Assembly (NCBI GenBank): GCA_002633005.1
Contig: NMRA01000581.1
Span: forward strand, 158,762 to 222,761
Origin: Phoronis australis
Lineage: Eukaryota > Animalia > Phoronida
DNA length: 64,000 nt
Reading direction: 5' to 3'
This document shows, one piece after another, positions 41,925 through 55,253 of the stretch. Both the position numbers and the translations under genes were made by a program. The notes under the pieces are model-generated. The model searched no databases, was not told the origin of the DNA, and saw nothing but the letters and a program-made list of their open reading frames with translations. Numbering within the stretch: the first letter of the stretch is position 1; every line of letters begins with the position of its first letter.

Positions 41925-44900
41925 ACCCATCTATTGACTACGCAGGTCAATAAGTGCCCATATCACTTCATCAACTGTTGCACCACGGCGTGGCCACGAG
42001 ATCAGTCACACAGATTTGATAACATATCCATCATTTCCCGTACTACGTAATAGTTTGCAGTGACTAATAAGCCCCTCGCTGGTTCCCAGCGTGTCGCTAG
42101 GTGGTATCCAGTACGCAGGTATCACTTAATTTTCCTCGGGATTTTTTCACCGGCGTTTCTGATTGGCAGGTCGAATTCTCAACAGGCAGTGTTTTACGCA
42201 AACAAACTGGCATGGCTGGTGGAGGAAGCGTAAATGTGGTTTGTTCTACAGAAAAATCGGTGCTAAAAATTCATGTTCAAGAAATGTGAATCCCAGAAAA
42301 TTGTGGTTGCGCCTTTTCGGAGTATGTCTTTCTACTCTCACTGACTTTTGTTTATGATGCTGTCCTATATTCTCACTTTGTTATAAAGCCAACCAATGAC
42401 TGTCGAGGTTACATGAACCAATGATAAAGCGCGTGCTACTGCTACCCGTGTGGTGGTTAGCAGCAAGCAGGAAACCAGCGAGTAACAAGCCCAGGTGCTT
42501 CAAGTAACATCGGTCACCGTAATAAGTTTATTTTTTTCTCTGTATGTAGTAACGTACACCGTGACTTTGTATCGACGCTTTTTCATTGTCCATACTATTG
42601 ATGCTTCTCGCAACTAGATTTATAAGGAGACTAAACTCAGTTTTGGCCTATACAGAATCTTACTGAGCAGTCTGCGGATTTCGTCAATAACATAAAAACT
42701 AAATTTAGTAAAAAGGAAAGGTAGATTGATAGAAAAACAACGGTACCAATAACTCTAATCAAACTTTGTTTCGTATAAGTCTTCAGATGAGATTTCTAAA
42801 CTATCGTCTCTATTTCGTTTTTATGCAGCTTTAGAATTTTTTCTTGAAAATCATCCGGGTCTCTTTAAAATGGACTCCTGGCAGCGTTTTGGAGGACAGT
42901 GTATGAAAAATAGTACCTGAAAATGTCATTTGAAACAGATATCAGCAAAAAACTCCCTATCCAGATAACTTAAATAGGAATTGATAACTCTCTTGAACCT
43001 CAAAGCTAAAAGCGTGTTTCCAGTTGAACTCCCTAGTGGTACATAAATGGTGATATGCAACCGCCAGGTCTCAGAGTGGTTGAAACACCCAAATATGATT
43101 CATTGTACTTTTAAGCTTGCGTACATCATTAAGTCATGCCATTGTCGTGGAAATCGCCTACACTTCGTGAAGCCGCTCAAAAAATATTTCAGCAAATTTT
43201 TACAAGCTAAGAGTAGCTGAAACGAAGCCCAGTTTGTTTAAAATCGGTAATAAACTTGCCTAATGTCACAACACTAACTTTTCAATTAGAGAAGTTATTG
43301 TCAAGAAATTGGTGTGAAATTGCTTGCTAGTGGAATCTATTATTGCTTGAGACAAGGCGTGCGTTCTGTAACACTAATATCTCACGCAATCTCGCGAGGT
43401 CTTGCTTTTTAGAGAGTACCTCACGTTACTGGACTGTAGGCAGGCTCTACAAGATGATTTTCACGGTGTGTTATTGGATTTCCCGAGCATCGGTTTGCTT
43501 CAATGGCCACCTACCAGTCTAACGCGAAAATTAATTTCTTAGACAAAAATGTGAATCCACGGCCTCTTTAAAAGGTCACTTGGCATTCCCGATATTACAA
43601 GANNGCTTTTTTCGATTGAAAATACCCTCATATGGTAGCATGTGGGGACAATTCCAAAAGTAAGACAATATTCGCAATTGTGGGCTCATGAAGCAGTTAG
43701 GCTGCACTTGACTGACTTCGCCGGTTCTGTCAGGTCGACATGTATTTGTTCTGTTAGCCAGAAGTTGTCCAAAAGATGTTTAAGGTTATCTCAAACCTTA
43801 TTTCGTGACCTCCATTCTAACTGGTATATCAAAAACTAAGCTTTGTCGACTAGTAAAAGTATAATATTTTCTGAAAGAAAAAAGATCAGGGAATATATTT
43901 TTGTATTTATGTACCATCATTATAATTACGTAAATTCCATTTTAAATCAAAATTTCAGTTTTAAGAAAGGTACATTCAAATATAATAAATAACCCCTTAG
44001 TCAATTTTAATTAAACTGTTTTTAATGAAAGCTTGACCAAGTACCTCAAAAACGCTGTTAGGAATTTTCGATTAGTCTATTTGTTTGGTTTCTATGACAA
44101 ACCAACTCGCTAAACGTAAGGTATTTTTTGTAGAAAATAGAAGTCGTATTCGTCTTCGTTGTATTCGTCTTCGTTACATTACGCAAAAACTAGGCATTTA
44201 TATCAAAAATCCTAAGAGCGTTTTTGAGAATGACGACTATTAAATTTGGAACTTTTCAGCGAAATCCATCAAACCGTTTTCGAGAACGTACGTGTAGGAG
44301 TCCTAAGTTCAAATAAAGTCGATTTGCCGAAGCCGAGAAAAAAGCCAATTAAACTGGGACGAGTGAAAATCTCAAAGTCTTCGGTTAATTACAGTCGGTG
44401 AAAACTTGTTTTCGGTAAACATACCCTATACATGCTATTTCAACATTCACTAACTATGCCAACTGAATTTGCAGTGCGTTATTAACTTAATTATCAATAC
44501 GTACCGTTCCCAGCCACCATTTGGGGTAAACGTTACTTGTACTGTACATGTAGGTCACAGTTCTTTGTCATACATATATCCTGTACACGCCACGTGCAAA
44601 GAGACTGATACCAAACCAAGTAAGAAGTGGATAACAAAAATCAAATCGGTGGTTAAAGTATGTCGTTAGCATGAGATCGGAATTTGGGAGAGGATTTATC
44701 TCTTTTCACAATTGTCAATGTTCGTTTAACCACAGATGCGTGAGGCGACTGGTAGCATTCGTTCTCAACGCCAACGGTCGGTTTGCACTGTAGGTGCACA
44801 ATTCCATCAGGATCAAAAGTACGTTTTGTGTTTGTTTTCCCCGAAACCATTCTATCATAAGTACACCTCGTTGACTCAATATTATGGCGACTAGGTACCC

Positions 44901-46276
44901 AGTAAACATGCAGGCACTGGGCCAATACTGGCCTTGAACTGTCGTCTGTATTGGCCCAATGATGTAGGCCAGTACTGGCACAGTAACTTTTTTGCGCACC
45001 CTCTTGTATTGAGCCGGTATAAGACTGCGATATCGGGCCAGTAAAGGGCCAGTACCAGGCCATTACTGGGCCAACACACCAAAAACCGCTTTCGGTCCTA
45101 TAAAGGGCCAGTACTGACAGACTGTGTTGGCCCTGTACAGTGATGGGCTCATATTAAGCCTGTATATTAATTATATTGGCGAAAGTGCAGTGGTTGGCAA
45201 GTATTGAACCATTAATGTTGCCTTTACAGGCCCAATGCAGGAATATTACTGTTTGTGGGTATACAAACTTCGTTAAAGGCACGACTAGACTTTTTGTTAG
45301 CAACGGTTGATACTGGTACCTTCGTAATTTCGGAACAGTCTCCTTTCTTCTGGTGTGCAGGTACATGTATGAAGTAACAGACCGAGAGACATAATAAACA
45401 AACAAAAACAGTAGCTTTATTTCGTGTATTCATGCATCAGGCAATGAGTAAAATGGACATATACACTGTTTATTTCGCTCAACTCATTACTTTTTACAAA
45501 ACTGTCTCGGGCTCGTTATTGAAGTGGGCAACAACTCTGGCAGCTTCACACAGTCTTCGTCCTTCCTCCCTGTCGACAGCGTTTCGGAACCTGATGCCTG
45601 TCTCTTTTACTGTAAAGCTTGCATTAACATTACTGTGATCCTTGATCACAATCCCTGAACAACGCCTGCTTAGTATATTGGAGTACAAACTAATAGACTC
45701 CACTATTCTTTTTCCAATTAAGTTTTGCAATATAAGAATTATCTAAAGAAACTGTATACCAATCCAACACGAAACTCATTTGAAATGCATAATCAGTAAC
45801 ATACATGTATATGTTTCATCCTTTGTCAACACAAGTATTACAGCCGGTTGTCGTATTTCAGTTTCTTGTAATAAATATTTTCAGAAGCGACTTTTTATTC
45901 ATTCTATTTCTTCTCAAAATGTCTATTTCGTTACCATTTTAAGATCCTTAAAAATACTTCACAATCTATAACAAAAAAGTCTCATGAGCATCCATTGACG
46001 GTTTTGCTGTGTGTTTACAAACAATTGACACTGATGTGACCTTTTCAGCTTCGTCCCCAAGCCTCAAGATGGCACTGATCGGTTAGCCACTTGAAGCTTG
46101 GTTATGGGAATTACCATCTGCGAAATGATTGACCGATGCCCTGACGTCATTCAAACAAAGGTAGATTGTAATTATTTTCACATTGGAGCCATTCATGCGA
46201 CACAAGGCATTGTTATAGTTATTGTCTGACCTAAAGGTTGTAATTATTTTCAAGTCTTATGTATGAGAAGTATTAA

Positions 46277-49200
46277 GAGACAGTCCATATAAAAACCAGT
46301 AGATTTTCAAAAATCAGTCTATACGTCAAAATTTAAAACAACTTCATTTTTTCTACATGGGTAGGTATCCTAACAAAAACCCAAATGCCAAATTTTGTGC
46401 ACTCAATGACCCCTAAATTCGCCGCTGGAGCATGATAACATAAATTGGCACAATTGGGCATATTAGCCGTCTCAAAAATCGCATGTTTTCAACAACAAAA
46501 ATGAGTAACATACAAAATAGATCGAAAGCTATATTTTAGTGGCTGAAATAACCAACGTATACTGTACATAATTCTGTGCCATTTATTGAAATCTGACAGT
46601 TTTGTGCTAGACAGGGGAGATAATCCACAGACCACTTTTTGGGGCTAATTTTAGTGGCCACTTTTGTGACGTTCTTACTGCCATAAAACACCTTGTAGCC
46701 TTATGTGACGTTTTGAACGTACAGTTAAAGTATTAGTCTTGATGACTGAGCAATAAAAAATCTTGCCTCAACTTTGCACCTTGGTGAAAATTGTCTTGCA
46801 TAACCGTCTATTTTCATAGTTTGGAAATGACGAGCAGACTTTACAGACCATTTGAACAAACTTTTAGGCAAGAAGTCTGCTTTAAATAGTTATAGAAACC
46901 AAGTCTAAACTCTTTCAAATGAAAACAAGATGTTTTCCGGGTCTATTACGCGGCTAGTATCAAACCCGAACCCGATGACCTTTGCCCACTGAGGGAGTCA
47001 GTTGAGGTTAAGCTTGAGGATATATAAAAAATGTACGTGTAACCCTATTGTATTCTTTCATTTCTTTTACATTATCAGGTTAATTTAAGCACTCTGTAGA
47101 AATTTTAAATGGAAATAAATGCCTTTAAGATTAAACGAGAATGAATTGATAGTTGTAATGATTGGTTTTGAGAGAAGCAAGTGCATTTTAAAAAGACAAA
47201 ATGGCGGACGATGTCGATGGGCCTTCATGTTCCTTTAGAGTTTATTCTGCAAAAAATCCGATCACAAAAGCTTTGTGCTTTAGTGAGTTATGTCAAAGAC
47301 ACCACTGAACATTTGAGATACAGGAAACTACCTCACAAAGCAAGGCCTGTGCCAGAGTACGCACTCGTACTACCCAGAGTCGGTGAATTTCTGAGTGAAC
47401 AGGACCAGTTATGGAAGAGTCAGGTAATGCTGGATGTTACCACTCTGCTCCTCTCCTCCTGAACGTAGCAGCCTTGTCAAATTCTACCGGCATTTCTGTT
47501 TCGAGATATGACTTTAGTGAAAGTCAGAATGGAAAGGATCTCTGTGATCGCAAGATCGCTCCACTCAAACAACATGCAAAGTACTTTGTAGCCGAAGGTA
47601 AAAATATCATAAAGTTTCTGGATTTTAAAGAAGCATTACTTTCCAGTGGCCATGTGAAGGGATGTTATGTGTATGCATGTTCAGTCAATGCAACAAAGTC
47701 TTTTCCAAAATACCCAGTTCCTGATATAAGCACATTCCCAAATTCCCACTATTCCACCCAAGGAATTCGCGTGTGGAAATCATTGCATGTAGGTGACGGT
47801 AAGTTCGTACAAATACTGAGAAAATGCGAAACCTATTTCTCTAAAATACACTAACATCTCTAGACATGGCGGAGTTTCAACACCAAGAGTTAAGGTTGGC
47901 ATTGTATCTAGTGAAGAGCCTCAACAAAGTTCCCTTGTACCCAGCAAGGTTACTCGAAATTTTTTGCTACAGACGCAGAACTAGGTCAGCATTTGGATGT
48001 GGGTAACTACACTGAACATTTACAGAGGGAAACCCCGTATGACCACATAGCACGACAGTGGTCAGAAATGCTTTCAGATGCAAGAACCGGAGCGTCATTT
48101 GAGGCAGCCTCAGAGTACTATTTGGATGAGACGAATGCTGAAGCAATAGGTTAGGCATTGAAACAAAGTAAAGTGTCAACAAGATTTTCATCAAAGGTTA
48201 AGAACTTTCTGACGAACATATTCGATGAAGGAGATAAGTCAGGTAAAAACGTTCACCCTCGGAAGAGCCAAATTGGAGAAAACATTACGAGAACCCACTG
48301 GTAAAGTATTCACCTGTGATATTAAGTGAATCGCATATTGGTGGATTTTTTCGAGGTTGTCTGCAGCAATGTTTATGACGATGCAATTTCTGCTGAAGAT
48401 GCTGTTATATCGTTAGATTTACTGAATGAAGTGGTAAATGAGCTCAACGTTTAGCCTAGTTTTGTATCATACCAGTCAAAGATGTGTGATATATGAAGTC
48501 GAGACCGTTACTTCTGTTTACTTCATGTCTGTCATGAATGAGTCATTAATAAAATTGTCTCTCGTGAATTATATTCTATCGACTGTGAATGTCTACCTTT
48601 TTATACCACTGATGATCGCACTGACAGAAATATTCAGCGTTAGGGTGCCCGGTGTATGGGGGGAACACCAGATTCCTGGCGACTGGTGGCGACTAAAATT
48701 TGTAAAAACCAGCAGGGACATTACAATATGAACCCAAAGTTACAATGACTATTGACAAGTTGAAGGATTTATTGCACTGAACACTAGGGGGCCATATCCA
48801 CCTTGGGTGCCTTCCTTTGCCTGTGGCACCAACAAGGCAGATAGAAAACAAGGCAGGGGTGAGTTCAGTAACACTAGAACCTTTATAACATTTATCCAAA
48901 ACCACGTGTTCTCATTTAAAATGCAGGGCAATATCTCGCGAAGTCTTGAATTATAGCAAGGTCCTCGTGTTACTGCTCTTAGCTCTTGTTCTAGATGCGT
49001 CTTCAGTCTCTACGTAAACAAAAGCAGCGCCATCTACTCATTTAGAACCACGCATGCCAGTTGATTTACGTTACATATTTTTTGTAATAAGCAATAATCC
49101 TCAATGCCGTTTCCAGAGAATGGTAATTAATAATGCTGTCTGCCTTTTCTCCAAAATACAAGGTTTTTATGTCGTATTTCGCAAGCTAATTATATGTTCC

Positions 49201-49775
49201 AAGAGCCCCCTATTGGCAGCAGAGGCAACTGAGAACCTGCAAAAGGACGAAGTGCAGTTCGTGTAAAGCTTCGTACGCATAAACTAGATTAGAGGCAAGA
49301 TTTTTTATTTTAGATTATGAACAGGTTAGGAATGACTAAACAAATTATTATAAAGTCAATTTCAGGAAAGGTGCGTTATGGCTTCTACAGAGTGCCAAAT
49401 TTGGCCGAAAATGGCTTCAGCGAAAACCTGAAAAATAGCCGTTTTTGCCTCACAAATTCATAACGTACAAATTTAAAAATGGATTTTGAAAGTTATACCA
49501 TTAAATTATTCAGCCACTGCGCTTTCAATTCGTATTATTCATTTGTTTTGACCTTACCACACATGCTAGTAAATTGCATTCAAACATGCCCACTTCGACG
49601 CCCAACTTTGTTGCAAAATGGAGGTACAGGTCATAAAAAGAAAAATAATGAATGAAAATTCTTAAAAAGTGAGGTTTTTCTACATCTCAACAAACCAAAC
49701 TCATGTGCTAAGTTTCAAAAAAATCGATGATTTTGGGTATAGACTCTACCTGTTGGTTTTTATATGGAGTCACTC
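46277..49775 (+). mobile_element. Sola3-type DNA transposon, deletion derivative
   Basis: TTAA TSD (empty site 'agtattaatctg' at 17821), GAG...CTC termini, 22-bp imperfect TIR (..tccatataaaaacca), deeper inverted matches (aataaaaaatcttgcctc) and a transposase remnant. Confidence 0.8.
47420..48330 (+). pseudogene. Sola3-like DDD transposase, C-terminal fragment (disrupted)
   Basis: SGNAGCYH...RYDFSESQNGKDLCDRKIAPLK...FKEALLSSG, then G*ALKQSKVSTRFSSKVKNFLTNIFDEGDKSG; contains stops and frameshifts, and the DNAG Asp reads Gly. Confidence 0.7.
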
Positions 49776-52700
49776 TTAATCTGTTTTCGAATCAAAAACA
49801 TCATTTTTGCAATAATTTAGACCTACATGTAAAATGCTGTAATATACCGTTAGTTTTCATTTTTATATAAACCTGCAGAAAATTTCCGAAATTACTCGTG
49901 ATATTCCGGCAATTTCCGTAAAAATTCTGGCACATTTCATTTCCCGTAACCAAGCCTGAAGTGACTGATCAGCGCCATCTTGAGGCTTGGAAACGAGGCT
50001 GAGTGCCGCTTACATTGTACGATGCCGCGCGTGCACAAGGTCAGCAAAGTTGTCGAAGAAGTAAACACAGCAACAAAACGGAGATTGTTTACGTTTCACA
50101 GGATCACCAATGACCCGCATTGTTTTGGATTTTGATATTTGCGACACTAACAAGAGATAGCACGGAGGTTGTTTGAAATCCCGAAAATAAGGAAAAAACA
50201 TCTTTTTGAGCTCGTGTATACCACTAAGCTATACCAAGAACTACATATCCCTTGTTGATGCTTGGTAACAGGCATTACATACTGAATGTTCCAAACGGGT
50301 CCCAGAATTCGCCTGGAGCATGCGTTGTCTCTAGCAATAACGAAATGTCAGTTCTTTGCAAGACCGAAAAATGATTTTCATCTGGTTACGGAATAAGTTG
50401 AGACTTATTCTACAGCGTTATCCGAAGTAGTCTTTAGCAAAAAATAAGTTTCTTCGAGCGAAAGCAGGTTCGTAGCCGGTTTAAAACGATCACTTGACAT
50501 TGCTGTACATACGCCTACCTGCACGTGGTAACATTCGTGGATATTGGGGGAATTCTGGGTAAATATCATTAATGTAATATACTCTAGTGTTGGCTCACGA
50601 AGGAATTGATCAACTCCGTCGGTTCTGACCGGTCAACCGGTTTCGACATGTGACTGCTCTGCAAGCAGAAAATTGACGCCTTAGGTGGTTGATCGAGCGG
50701 AACCGACGAAGTCTATTAAGTGCAGCCCGGCATGTGTTACAGAATCGAGTCAAGGTTTTCCTACCTAAACAGGTACTGTCCTGCTATCTAACTTTGTGCA
50801 GGGAACCAGTCTGTAAAATGTTCAGTGCAAATCGTAATGGAGGCTGTGTCACGAGTTGTTCTCTCGTTTTGCGCTTGAAAAACCAGTTACGTACATGTAC
50901 ATGTACGTATTTTCATCTTTTCTCGGGTTGTACTATACCTGAAAATATGAGGAACGTAGCAAAGTATTGGATCAAAGATTACAAGTTTCAAACAAAGCAA
51001 AATAAAACTGATTCCAAAATGTTTCCATGTTTTACGATTGCCACAAATGATTGCAGCTGGCCACTCCATGAAAACGAACAAATTTACACAACTATAAGCT
51101 AAATTTGTATTTGAAGGGTAAACCTCTCAGTCATTTTTACATGAGGTATGTGACTACTACAACCTGGAAAAAATATTTACAATGATAAATTGGATTTTGA
51201 GAAATTCCAGGCAAAGTGGTCTTCTTTTTTGCCTAACTAGCTTTTATAGGGTCCGATAATGTTCGTAATTTGTTTGATGTACACTTAACTAGATTTCATA
51301 TTGCTGCACAACTATGTACTGGTTGGTTGAGTTAATAAATGTTTCATCATGAAAAAAAACTCTCAAGATGTACAAGAGATATATATTCGGGTCATATAGT
51401 AGTCCCTTCACAGATGACTTTGACATCTTACGGCAACAGAGAAAACTACCCGTTTTGCTCAAGCCATATGTCTGCAAAAGTTCAGCTGTTTACCTCTTTC
51501 TCTTCACTGTAATGTATACTGCTCAAGGCAACGGCTGTGAAAATTTCTATGTTTAATATCTATTGAATACCCCATGTATGTATAAGGTATACCTGTATTT
51601 TTTTAAGTTTGAAAGCACCACTACAGTGTGAAATGTTTTGCCGGATTTTCGATGTAATTGGACTTGTTTGTTGACTGTTATATCGTCTGCATTTAACTTC
51701 GGTTTCGCCATAAGCGAATCTGGTCTTAAGTTTTCTAAGGAAATTCGTTTAGTTTGGGATACTAGTTAATTTTAATACCGTAGAAATCTAGGAATGGAAT
51801 GTCAACTTTGACCTCGCGCGACTGATGTTACGCTGCGCATGCGTGGCAGCATTCTTTTGAGTGCTACCACTGCCTCGCCCATAAGCGTAACCTAAAGCCA
51901 TCTGGACGTATTTCAATAATTTCGAAAGCTTGCAAATTTCCTTAAGATATATCCATATGATCAAAATCTTGAGCTGCAGTACGATTCAAAGATCCTGTGC
52001 CATGGACATTTAAAGAAGAATACCACCCGTAGTACGATTCAAAGATCCTGTGCCATGGACATTTAAAGGAGACTACCACCCGATTTCATTAGTCTTTTTA
52101 CGTCCTAATCGGTCTATATCCACATCGCCCTTATACGGTCGACCTCACCTTGCCGAGAGGTGTCGTGTTAACCTGTGAGGAAGATGAGAAAGGACGCAGC
52201 GACGTCAGTGGTTCATCTACATAGAGAATGCCGCATCGTTCCCGCTTGTCCGAACTATGAAGCTGCGAAGAAAGCGGGTATAGACCTAACTCGGCGCGGA
52301 GGACATTAAAATCCAAAGCGAGGCTCACTGCGATAAATAAAGCGGAAGTTCACATTACGTGAGTTAAATGGCCTGCCTTTCGAGTCCAACCTGGATATTA
52401 AATCGTAAAAATGTGTCAATAATTAACTACAGAGAAGTAGAAAAATACATTAGAGAGCAAGTCAATGTACCAAAGAGTTGTCTGACGAAAGGGTATATTT
52501 TTTTCGGAAAACTAGTTTCGAATCATGAAAAGTGAATAATGACCAAATTGCGGCGATCGTAGTGTTACGGATTAGGTATTATGGTGAATGCAGGGTTACG
52601 TTTCTTCCTGTAAATTGTTGATAATGCTTTCTACACGAACCAGGTCATCTGCTCGTATTGTTGACGAGTTGAAGATAGATTCAGCAGTGGTGGCTCATCA

Positions 52701-54710
52701 TATTTTGCTGCGATGTGCAATAAGTCACATCTGGTTTAATGTTTTGATCAAGCATAGCCTAGGTCCAGGTGAGGTAGGGACTACCGGGACTAATAGTTGA
52801 TTTGTCATTGATCTGAAAGAATAATTGATTTTATCAAATATATTTTTTATTAAAATAAATAACTAGTCTTGTAATTGAATATAAAAATTACTCGAAAATC
52901 AATTCTGTTTTCTTGGTTTTAACAATTCTTACGTCTATTTGATGTTTCAAATATCAATCTGGACCAAGTTGAATTTTAAAATTAAAAAACCTAATTCGTT
53001 CGTCGAAAGTATAATCTTGATTAAGAGCTCAATTTCAGTTAACTCGACAGAGCAAGCATAGTTATCATGTTTCTTCAGGGGCCTCGTTGTCCGAGGGGAA
53101 AGGTGCCTATGCCTTCAGTGAGAGGCGAATTTTTTCGCCGAGTGATGGGAAAATCTATCCCCCGGTCACCATCAATGACACCCCGCAAGTTCTCAAGTAG
53201 CATTTTCTGCTCGTTCAAATTGTCACCTGTGTGGTTAGGTAATTTGAACTTCGAAGAGAAATTTTCAATCACCAGGAGAATTTTTAGACCACCGGTGGGG
53301 GGGGGGGTATTTCGCGTGAATTTTTAATATTTTTGAGAGAGGAATAGGGAGGATGTTCAGCCCCAAAATCGAGAGATTGAGGGCCCTGTCCTTTATTGAA
53401 AGAAAAATGCATAATGTTTCAACCCGCAGTCTTTTAAACACAGCCTGGCTGGCCGAAGATTCTCCGGTTGTTGCTATGATGCTCGGCAACCGAGAAGTGC
53501 AACAAAATATGATCTAAATTTTCGAAAACACTTATAAATTTTACACGGACATATTTTCCTTCGTTGCGGCGTCTGGCAACGACCCCACGCTTCCGAATCT
53601 CTACGTCCTTAGGGATTGTAAAACAGACAGTTGAATGGCCGCGTTGTATCCGTTCGAGCTACGCGAAATACCACTACCGTATTCGCCGTAATAACCGCCC
53701 ATGCCCCTACAAGCGCTGCCCACGCGTTTTCAGACTTTGCTGAAATAAGCGCCCAGTCCATGAATGTGTACATGCGAACAATGACGTACCTACATTCCTA
53801 AAACTCGGCTACAGTAACGTCTTCAATTCATGGAAACATTTTTGTACCGGTCTTCTTGACCACCAGCGGCACTGCATCGTTTGTATTTAGCAGTGACTTT
53901 ACACTTCCGACGCAGCGCGCTTCAAAGGGAACGCAACAGCGTTGCTACGCTCTCGCGACGAACGTGTCCCACTATGTGGTCTGACCTTTCAGTAGACACA
54001 TCGACTGTGACAGTCGATGTGTACTAATGAATAAAAATAACTCGGTGTTAAACGCACGTGGCCAGGAAGCGCGCGCTACACACATGAACCTGTCATCACA
54101 GACATTAGTCGGGAACTATCCATTCATGAAACGGATAGCATTGCATCGATAACAAATGAATATTGGCACTAATTTCCGACAATTTCTAATACTATAAAAC
54201 ATGTTTGCGTTATTTTTGAGATGGATTGTTTGATTAACCATAATTGGTGCTTTTAAGCCGAATATCCGATAAAATGACAACTGACAGTGAATGCTTACAC
54301 ACTATTACACCATAGATTATAGACAACAGATTCGCAACTCCGGCATATTCTTACGAGCTGAGCTGAACTCTCCTGACCTATCTGCTGCAGTTTCCGGTCA
54401 GTGTAATTTGACGAGAAATACTTGCATCTACTTTACAGTCCAAAACAGCGAAAAAACATTAATTCATATTAATTTCGGTATTGAAACGCTTTTCAGTCTT
54501 TCAATAGTAGAAGTGTTGGTATTGTGAGTACTTTTGGCTATGCTACTGGTAATTAATTTCAAAATTCAAACTTCGGTTCCGACCCTTTATGTCGTCTGCT
54601 TGCCCAATAGCAGCATAGTTATCGGACAGTTTTTGATTTACGGTTCACATAGGCCTACTGTTTATAAATCAACATTCTCAAGTGAGCAGTTCTTCTGGGA
54701 AGTGTTGAGT

Positions 54711-54726
54711 GGCCCTTAAAAGGGCC
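54711..54726 (-). promoter_or_regulatory. Histone-type 3' stem-loop (distal) with downstream purine-rich HDE-like element
   Basis: Minus strand reads CCAAC-GGCCCT-TTTA-AGGGCC-ACTCA-acacttccc-AGAAGAACTG, fitting the 6-bp stem / 4-nt loop SLBP consensus with A/C-rich flanks. Confidence 0.85.
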
Positions 54727-54751
54727 GTTGGTTGTAGGTATAGCGTGAAAT

Positions 54752-54767
54752 GGTTCTTAAAAGAACC
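54752..54767 (-). promoter_or_regulatory. Histone-type 3' stem-loop (proximal)
   Basis: Minus strand reads TCAAC-GGTTCT-TTTA-AGAACC-ATTTC, 10 nt after the TGA at 54778. Confidence 0.75.
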
Positions 54768-54777
54768 GTTGAATAAT

Positions 54778-55095
54778 TCAACATAAATCACACAGTATAC
54801 CATGCTCACTCAAGTACTGAAGGTCCTCTTCATTAAAGTTTTCATCTGGAAAGGTTGGATGAAAACAGAGGAGATGACAATATCGATGACAGTTGTAACA
54901 CCTTAGATAGATATCACCGTTCACCAACGTTGTCACGAACCCTGCATCGTTCAGTTCTTGTTCCTGTATCCACAAATAATCCTGAACTGTAGGAAAAAAA
55001 TGACAAACAACACAACGAATCAAATTTCGAAAATCATCGCCTTCGTACGATTCCGTGTTGCTGTCACCAGACTGATGTTCTTCTCCAACGTCCAT
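54778..55095 (-). CDS. Small intronless acidic protein with C4HC3 (PHD-like) zinc-finger spacing, 105 aa from the first ATG
   Basis: MDVGEEH...RCVVCHFF...VTTLVNGDIYLRCYNCHRYCHLLCFHP...ILCDLC*: CxxC..CxxC-x4-H-x2-C..CxxC. Confidence 0.7.
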   Translation of the reverse strand: MDVGEEHQSGDSNTESYEGDDFRNLIRCVVCHFFPTVQDYLWIQEQELNDAGFVTTLVNGDIYLRCYNCHRYCHLLCFHPTFPDENFNEEDLQYLSEHGILCDLC

Positions 55096-55202
55096 CGTAA
55101 AAAATCGACGTTGCAAGTGATGGAAACTTGTCTACGCTCTCGTCCTTTGTTTCTAACCTTTAACCCATTTTTTAATAAAGGGGTGTACTGTTTTTGGCTC
55201 AT
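55020..55202 (-). CDS. Basic 60-aa upstream ORF overlapping the PHD-like ORF (uORF or frameshifted N-terminus)
   Basis: ATG at 55202 about 55 nt downstream of a TATATA; K/R-rich (KVRNKGRERR); a T6 run at 55099-55104 links it to the PHD frame. Confidence 0.4.
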   Translation of the reverse strand: MSQKQYTPLLKNGLKVRNKGRERRQVSITCNVDFLRWTLEKNISLVTATRNRTKAMIFEI

Positions 55203-55253
55203 GTTGATAGTGCATAATCTATGGTTTTACAATGTATTAATAGTGTTAAATGC

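Noticed and set aside
51976-52082. 53-bp tandem duplication covering the Kolobok left end
   Set aside because: Real but an ordinary local duplication with no functional signal.
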